The position numbers and the translations under genes are program-made. From positions 28,064 through 92,063 of the forward strand of contig JAPOKN010000001.1 of NCBI GenBank assembly GCA_029977605.1: a stretch of 64,000 nucleotides of DNA, given 5' to 3'. The number at the start of each line of letters is the position of its first letter. Positions within the stretch are counted from its first letter, which is position 1. Source of the stretch: Methanobacteriota archaeon. GTDB taxonomy: Archaea; Thermoplasmatota; Poseidoniia; MGIII; CG-Epi1. Under the pieces are notes generated by a model. It was given only the letters and a program-made list of their open reading frames with translations. It did not search any database and was not told the origin of the DNA. Shown here one piece after another: positions 59,101 to 64,000 of the stretch.

Positions 59101-59771
59101 AAATCTAACCATTGTTCAGTATCACCTCCCCAAGTAATATCTATGCAAAGAATAGCTAGTATATTTTCACCTTCTACTAGCCAATCAGGGTTTGGCCCTG
59201 AGTGCTGATTACCGTTATATGTTAAAATATTGTTCCAATATTCAGGATCGTCTTCATAGCATCCATCATGGTTTTGATACCAAGAGCAATCTCGAATTAA
59301 GTTTCCATTAAGATAAGCCATGTAGTAATTATTATGAGCAATTTTAAAGGTAGAACTTAGAACTTCATCTGGTTTTTCATAATTAAAATAGTGACGAACG
59401 ACTAGGTAATCATCCTCACCTCCCTCACTTTGCCAAATGGTGTTGGGATTTACTCCACCAATTTCTTCATTTCCAAATGGCGTTGCATTCATACCCCATT
59501 CCGAATCATCAAATTCAGGAGCATACCAATTTTCAGGAAGACAATCCTGGAAATCGCAATCGTCGTCATCATCATCAAAAAGTTTGTACTTGTGGAAAGT
59601 ACTATTATCTTTTCCGTTTGCTACTAGTGTAATTAGTTCTCCATTTTCTAAATCGTTTGTATATTTTATAGACGAGATATTTATATTTTCTTCGTTACCC
59701 TCGGCTTGACCAACAAGAATGGCAGAAAGGAAAAATACTAATAGAAATGTTAAATTTCGTCTAAGCTTCAT
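56097..59771 (-). CDS. Giant cell-surface protein (1224 aa): signal peptide, two copies of a roughly 160-aa jelly-roll-like domain, Ig/FN3-like repeats, one TM helix and a cytoplasmic C4 zinc-ribbon tail
   Basis: Signal peptide MKLRRNLTFLLVFFLSAILVGQAEG. Internal duplication: ...DDSEWGMNATPFGNEEIGGVNPNTIW...RHYFNY...KIAHNNYYMAYLNGNLIRDC... against ...NDSQWDTGAAPFGNDELRGIMPNTIW...RHWFNY...KIAHDDYFRVYLNDYLIRDC.... C-terminus LTIFIGLGIVGGTAAIIAFIGRK (TM) followed by CNACGAMFSPTETSCPACG. Confidence 0.6.
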   Translation of the reverse strand: MKLRRNLTFLLVFFLSAILVGQAEGNEENINISSIKYTNDLENGELITLVANGKDNSTFHKYKLFDDDDDDCDFQDCLPENWYAPEFDDSEWGMNATPFGNEEIGGVNPNTIWQSEGGEDDYLVVRHYFNYEKPDEVLSSTFKIAHNNYYMAYLNGNLIRDCSWYQNHDGCYEDDPEYWNNILTYNGNQHSGPNPDWLVEGENILAILCIDITWGGDTEQWLDFELAINVPSWKDVPVVLGDDLALRIVYNNEGENNETNLNISLDIDDISFSSQTVTIDRNQTYEWILDWTPTRLGEINITAKVSNKTLTRSIHIGFYAYSLDFDTKQKTVDIKDNINYNFNITNEGDVNDNFTFWLTNIPNDWEYKFSPDVASLAPNETKTITINITVSDNAQAGDYSLYPLVFSQYYSQTVDTIVHSGVSNSTQYSYQIWNNSEFPEDFYKMSYNDSQWDTGAAPFGNDELRGIMPNTIWSTDDQNYTHISARHWFNYSGNLDFSELRLKIAHDDYFRVYLNDYLIRDCFSGWGCGGNGNYWEENININKSWLNNGQNLIAVAARDNTQGWGGGGGSDGRQWIDQELEIANLRSKLWGFQEIYDELIVSVNETYEYEILTPIITKEIDDTEPYEFTVWILNRGNVEDIYNVTISLNDTENFNIISFNQEVKVPYGADGDIELIISLNENINEFDLAELNITITSLNSTNNLVKQTNIYAKLYVAPDLVAPATYAVSPELVNSTSFEIQWYVQEWYKNNLESGNDTEYIIIQYSTDNGTNGETWSDWEIWGNFSVDEEKTLFTGAMGNHHYRFRSIGGDDDGKIENKEDKIDNTTFVDLESPTIDISKIASSSFENRDIQNNATNTRALEFSWDAEDNNELIVGFDFYYKNNNGPWVLDLESFTQKSHAFYAESDGNYQFKIVGEDIAGNRGFTLTNTILIDTQGPNTTISNIPALTDSDNILLNLETLDDITNFTVFYKLNKEGENNANLEWQEYGIYNLDNLPIEIPVQNKYEYQFKVLSFDIVGNHGEDIAYTLIDRDKPSKIRNLQLSQGKTIVNSTTDVLISFMSSQAQDLVEYRVYRSTSANETGELIIEIPYGEQYLSYKDANVEMGKIYHYSVVAVDRMNFESDQEKGFLDLTIEKETIVVEEDDGSNMLTIFIGLGIVGGTAAIIAFIGRKSSEEIVQVIGDLPENIKEEQFSEVDGELICNACGAMFSPTETSCPACGILKE

Positions 59772-59805
59772 GATATAACTATACCTAGATATTTTTATAG
59801 TTTTG

Positions 59806-60450
59806 TTACCAGTTAAGAATCAACTTTTTCAATTCAGTCAAATCTCCTTTAAGATGATAATTTGCTTTGTTAATAACCCTTTCATCTTCCGTATTTACGG
59901 CAATAGACAATCCTGCTCTTTCAAAAGTAGGAATATCTACTACTGTATCACCAACTGCAGCTATTTCATTTTTATTAAAGTTGTATTTTTCAATCATTTT
60001 TTCCATAACTGGGCCTTTGTTGTGCCCGCTTGATTTTATTATTGCAGTTAAATTTCCATTCTTATCATCAATCAAATCATTTGCTAAAGCATCATCCATA
60101 TTCCATTCCTTAGCCCATTTATCGGCTAAATATTGGATGCCTCCAGATAGGATAATAGTTTTGATATTCGCTTCATGTAAGCTTGTAATTAATTCTTTAG
60201 CTCCTTTCCGTGGCTTTGCTTTGTCTAAAATTAAATTTATGTATTCCTCATTAACTGGTTTATCACTCTTACTATTCCATAATTCAATGTCAGCTTTTAC
60301 AAATTCTTTATCAGAAATTTTATGATCAATATACATTTGTAGCATTTCAGTATTATCAGTGCCAAAGTAGTCGTGAATCATTGCCCATGATGAACGAGGC
60401 TCAATGATCGTGCCGTCCATGTCAAAAACAACTAATTTTATCTGAGACAT
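59806..60450 (-). CDS. HAD-superfamily hydrolase (phosphoserine phosphatase-like)
   Basis: MSQIKLVVFDMDGTII (DxDGT motif I), a conserved Ser/Thr, and K...GD(T/x)xxD motif IV (AAVGDTVVDIP). 214 aa. Confidence 0.75.
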   Translation of the reverse strand: MSQIKLVVFDMDGTIIEPRSSWAMIHDYFGTDNTEMLQMYIDHKISDKEFVKADIELWNSKSDKPVNEEYINLILDKAKPRKGAKELITSLHEANIKTIILSGGIQYLADKWAKEWNMDDALANDLIDDKNGNLTAIIKSSGHNKGPVMEKMIEKYNFNKNEIAAVGDTVVDIPTFERAGLSIAVNTEDERVINKANYHLKGDLTELKKLILNW

Positions 60451-60746
60451 TATCCGAAAGAAGAGCTAAATCTGTCAGTAGGTCCTGTCTCACGCTCTAA
60501 CATCATCTTCATCTGGTCTTTTGACATTAAATGCGCTTTTTGGGCCATGTCGTATGATTCTTTCGCGTCTTTTTCAGCCATTTCGATCTTAAAGCTGTGA
60601 CCTGAAAACATAATGGATTCTTTTCCATCGTTTTTGAATATGGCTAGCAATCCAGCCTCTGGATTTGATTGAAACTCAACATCTTTAAAGACTTCTTTTT
60701 CTCCATCTCCTGGTAGAAAAATAATTATTTCTTTTGCTTTAAGCAT
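60450..60746 (-). CDS. Hypothetical protein
   Basis: 98 aa. Stop-start overlap with the HAD gene. No motif recognised. Confidence 0.35.
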   Translation of the reverse strand: MLKAKEIIIFLPGDGEKEVFKDVEFQSNPEAGLLAIFKNDGKESIMFSGHSFKIEMAEKDAKESYDMAQKAHLMSKDQMKMMLERETGPTDRFSSSFG

Positions 60747-60776
60747 ATTCTTCTATCAGAGCCTATTCTAAAGGGT

Positions 60777-61220
60777 TTATTGCTTTATAATGTCTAATTC
60801 TTGTTCGAGAGCTCTTCTTGATTCATAATTCTCATCGTATTCATGCCAATGTCTTACAGATTTTTCACCTAATCTGTATGATAAAAATACAGTTTCTATT
60901 CCTCTCAGTGAAGGGAAATTTACAATCCCAAGAGCTGGATCGTCTATTTCCACTCCCAATTTCCCTAGTTCAATTGTTAAATTATTTACAATGTTAATAT
61001 TATTCTCGAGTTCGATTTGTAATTCTTCCCAACCTGGCCTTAATGCGGCTCGGTAATCATCTTTTACTTCCTCCATTATTTCTTCTAACTGTTCTTCTAG
61101 CATCTCCTGCTTCACAGAAAAATCAGATAATTCAATGATTATAGGGTTGATTAAATCTAAAAGGCTATTTGCCTCTTCCACGGTGAAAAGCCTAGTGGCA
61201 ATTACTACCATGGAAGTCAT
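60777..61220 (-). CDS. Hypothetical acidic helical protein
   Basis: 147 aa, Glu/Leu-rich. No motif recognised. Confidence 0.35.
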   Translation of the reverse strand: MTSMVVIATRLFTVEEANSLLDLINPIIIELSDFSVKQEMLEEQLEEIMEEVKDDYRAALRPGWEELQIELENNINIVNNLTIELGKLGVEIDDPALGIVNFPSLRGIETVFLSYRLGEKSVRHWHEYDENYESRRALEQELDIIKQ

Positions 61221-61307
61221 TAGTTAGGAATGGGCACATAAATGGAACGGATGCCTAATTTCAGCGAAACACTCATATGGCCCACCCATAGTTGATACAA
61301 ATCCTTT

Positions 61308-64000
61308 ATGAATGATTATGCTAAACACCCTGACATTTTTACCAAACGTCATATCGGCCCTTCCGACGATGATGTTGCTTTAATGTTAAGTGAATTAGGA
61401 TTTTCTTCGATGTCTGAATTTATCAATAATGTTATTCCAGATTCTATTGCATTCAATTCAAGTCTAAAAGTAGGAGAGGGGGTTGGAGAACAAGAAGCGC
61501 TTAAAATTTTAAAATCTTACGCATCAAAGAATAAGGCTTTCAAAAGTTATCTCGGCAATGGGTATCATGGAACTATAACTCCCGGAGTTATCAAAAGAAA
61601 TATTCTTGAAAATCCTGGTTGGTATACTCAATATACACCTTATCAGGCTGAAATTGCTCAAGGTCGTCTGGAGGCACTACTAAACTTTCAGACAATGATT
61701 TCAGACTTAACAGGTATGGACATTGCAAACGCTTCCTTACTAGATGAAGCTACAGCAGCAGCTGAAGCGATGAGCATGGCATGTAATGCTTTGAGAGGTA
61801 AAAGATCGACACTAGCTCTAATTGATGATATAAATCAGCAAACAGTCAACGTAGTTAAGACTCGTGCCGAACCATTAGAAATTAAAATTAAAGAAACCTC
61901 CTCCTCAGAATTTACTACTGAAAAAGACATATTTGCAGTAATGGTTCAATACCCTAGCAGATCAGGTACAATAAGAGATTATTCTAAATTAGTAGAAGAG
62001 GCTCATGCTAATGGAAGTCTAGTGATTGTAGTAGCAGACCTAATGTCTCTTTGTCTTCTGAAATCACCAGGAAGTTGGGGTGCAGATATAGTAATAGGTA
62101 ATTCTCAAAGATTTGGAGTTCCAATGGGTTACGGAGGCCCTCATGCGGCTTTTATTTCCACTAAAGACAAGTTTAAGAGAAATCTTCCAGGAAGGTTAAT
62201 TGGAGTTTCAAAGGATTCACACGGAAATGATGCACTTAGATTAGCTTTACAGACAAGAGAGCAGCATATTAGGAGAGACAGGGCAACTAGCAATATTTGT
62301 ACGGCACAAGTTTTGTTAGCGATTATGTCTTCCATGTATGCCATATATCATGGGCCAGGAAAGTTAAAGGAAATTGCTACTCGTATCAACTACTTCACCA
62401 GAGTTATCGGAGAAAGTCTCAAAAAAAGCGGATTTGAATTATATTCGGATAGTTATTTTGATACAATCCGAGTTAAATGTGATTCTACTAAGATATTAGA
62501 TTCAGCCTTAAGAAAAGGTTATAATTTCTGGAAATACAGTGATTCGGTAGGCATATCTTTAGATGAAACAGTTGAAATGAAAGACGTGAAAGCTATATTG
62601 GAAATATTTGAATCTTCCGGAGTTGAGGCATCAAGCGAAAGTATTCCTGCGGGGCTTAGTCGCACAGATTCATTTCTAACGCACCCAGTATTCAACTCAT
62701 ATCATTCAGAAACCGAAATGCTAAGATATATTCACAGGCTTGAGACAAAGGATTTGTCTCTAAATTATAGCATGATACCTTTAGGTTCCTGTACGATGAA
62801 ATTAAATTCGGTGACGGAAATGGAAGCTGTTACTTGGCCTGAATTTTCTAACTTGCACCCATATGCTCCAGAAGACCAAGCGCGAGGATACTACGAATTG
62901 TTTAAAGATCTGGAGAATTGGCTATGTGATATTACAGGTTTTTCAAAGATATCTCTTCAGCCAAATGCCGGCAGTCAAGGCGAGTACGCAGGAATGCTTG
63001 CAATCAGAGATTTTCACTTAGATAAAGGAAATTCTCATCGTAATATTTGTTTAATTCCAACTTCAGCTCACGGTACAAACCCCGCTTCAGCAGTAATGGT
63101 TGGAATGAAAGTAGTAGGAATCTCTTGCGATGAAGAGGGAAACATAGATTTATCTGATTTCAAATCAAAAATAGATCAGTATTCAGATTCATTATCTGCT
63201 GCGATGATCACTTATCCATCAACTCACGGAGTTTTTGAAGACGAAATTAAGGAAATATGTTCCTTAGTTCATCAACATGGCGGCCAAGTTTACATGGATG
63301 GTGCAAATATGAATGCTATGGTAGGTCTGTGTAAACCTGCAGACATAGGGGCTGATGTTTGTCATCTTAATTTACATAAAACTTTCTGTATACCACATGG
63401 GGGAGGAGGTCCAGGAATGGGTCCAATCGGCGTTGCTTCACATCTGGCAGAATTTTTACCTTCTAATCCTCTAGATGACTATAAATCTAAAAGTAAGACT
63501 GGCCCTGTATCTGCAACACATTGGGGAAGTGCTAGCATTTTACCTATATCTTGGGCTTACATTGTAATGATGGGTTCTGAAGGATTAAAATATGCTACGG
63601 AAGTAGCTATACTTAATGCAAATTATATGGCTAAAAAGTTGTCTAAAGATTATACAGTACTTTACAAAGGTAAGATGGGTCTTGTCGCTCATGAATGTAT
63701 CTTAGATACTCGCACTTTGATTGCAGATGCAGGTCTAACTATTGACGATATTGCTAAAAGATTGATTGATTATGGATTTCATGCGCCCACAATGTCTTGG
63801 CCTGTTGCTAATACCTTGATGATAGAACCCACAGAATCTGAATCTAAAGCTGAAATAGACCGATTTTGTGATTCAATGTCCTCGATAAAAAATGAGATTG
63901 ACAAAGTAAAGTCAGGTAAATTTTCTAATGAAGACAACCCATTACGAGGTTCTCCTCATACATCACTGGAAGTTTCTTCAGATAATTGGAATCATGAGTA
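61308..64000 (+). CDS. gcvP: Glycine dehydrogenase (decarboxylating), single-chain P-protein; 3' end truncated by the window
   Basis: Hand translation from the ATG at 61308 gives MNDYAKHPDIFTKRHIGPSDDDVALMLSELGF... (the GcvP N-terminus F..RHIGP). Then YTPYQAEIAQGRLEALLNFQTMI, and a C-terminal half with NICLIPTSAHGTNPASA, continuous in one frame to position 64000. Absent from the ORF track because no stop codon falls inside the window. Confidence 0.9.
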   Translation, partial: MNDYAKHPDIFTKRHIGPSDDDVALMLSELGFSSMSEFINNVIPDSIAFNSSLKVGEGVGEQEALKILKSYASKNKAFKSYLGNGYHGTITPGVIKRNILENPGWYTQYTPYQAEIAQGRLEALLNFQTMISDLTGMDIANASLLDEATAAAEAMSMACNALRGKRSTLALIDDINQQTVNVVKTRAEPLEIKIKETSSSEFTTEKDIFAVMVQYPSRSGTIRDYSKLVEEAHANGSLVIVVADLMSLCLLKSPGSWGADIVIGNSQRFGVPMGYGGPHAAFISTKDKFKRNLPGRLIGVSKDSHGNDALRLALQTREQHIRRDRATSNICTAQVLLAIMSSMYAIYHGPGKLKEIATRINYFTRVIGESLKKSGFELYSDSYFDTIRVKCDSTKILDSALRKGYNFWKYSDSVGISLDETVEMKDVKAILEIFESSGVEASSESIPAGLSRTDSFLTHPVFNSYHSETEMLRYIHRLETKDLSLNYSMIPLGSCTMKLNSVTEMEAVTWPEFSNLHPYAPEDQARGYYELFKDLENWLCDITGFSKISLQPNAGSQGEYAGMLAIRDFHLDKGNSHRNICLIPTSAHGTNPASAVMVGMKVVGISCDEEGNIDLSDFKSKIDQYSDSLSAAMITYPSTHGVFEDEIKEICSLVHQHGGQVYMDGANMNAMVGLCKPADIGADVCHLNLHKTFCIPHGGGGPGMGPIGVASHLAEFLPSNPLDDYKSKSKTGPVSATHWGSASILPISWAYIVMMGSEGLKYATEVAILNANYMAKKLSKDYTVLYKGKMGLVAHECILDTRTLIADAGLTIDDIAKRLIDYGFHAPTMSWPVANTLMIEPTESESKAEIDRFCDSMSSIKNEIDKVKSGKFSNEDNPLRGSPHTSLEVSSDNWNHE

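Noticed and set aside
61221-61307. Glycine riboswitch upstream of gcvP.
   Set aside because: The spacer is only about 87 nt, and it lacks the conserved GGAGAG...CACCG tandem-aptamer elements. Glycine riboswitches are bacterial.
1-64000. CRISPR arrays, IS elements, rRNA genes.
   Set aside because: No series of regularly spaced direct repeats, no transposase-like ORFs, and no long non-coding stretch compatible with 16S/23S/5S; coding density is about 95%.

Overview
This is a low-GC (roughly mid-30s %) archaeal chromosomal window that I annotated by eye from the six-frame ORF track. Diagnostic archaeal genes present: ribosomal protein uS15, TFB, ABCE1, Pelota, NAC-alpha, archease, TiaS, an initiator tRNA-Met with an A1:U72 pair, a CTP-dependent FAD synthetase RibL, and class III (prepilin-like) signal peptides. 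Together with the gene content below, this points to a euryarchaeal, probably aerobic heterotrophic marine lineage (Marine Group II/Poseidoniales-like); that assignment is inference only.

Gene content in order:
- start of window: uS15, TrmI, TrxB
- 2.5-9.3 kb: a complete archaeal type IV pilus / Tad-like operon (two pilins, a FlaI-family ATPase with unusual charged N- and C-terminal extensions, a split FlaJ/TadC platform, two KGQ-motif minor pilins)
- 9.7-13.4 kb: pyrG, then an MBL-fold hydrolase co-operonic with a split OGFOD1/Tpa1-like 2OG-Fe(II) oxygenase pair
- 13.4-15.6 kb: a riboflavin operon (ribB, ribL, bacterial-type ribE, ribH)
- 15.6-27.4 kb: an MMPL/RND exporter, ABCE1, a phage-type RusA resolvase translationally coupled to folD, two divergent geranylgeranyl-reductase paralogs, aconitase and purM
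- 27.4-29.9 kb: a second TadA/TadB/TadC-like module
- 30.7-41 kb: PPDK, then an unusual four-gene operon (SpoU methyltransferase - DUF2071 - small P-loop NTPase - helical protein), RmuC, PntAB transhydrogenase and acyl-CoA dehydrogenase
- 41-47.5 kb: NAC, Pelota, TFB, an HD dNTPase-like protein, an M50 protease and dihydroorotase
- 47.5-60 kb: two large surface proteins, a tRNAiMet-archease-unknown-TiaS cluster, an EamA transporter, dCMP deaminase, Nth and enoyl-CoA hydratase
- end of window: a single-chain glycine dehydrogenase GcvP that runs off the 3' end

I saw no CRISPR array, IS element or rRNA. All functional calls come from my recognition of motifs and families. No database search could be run.
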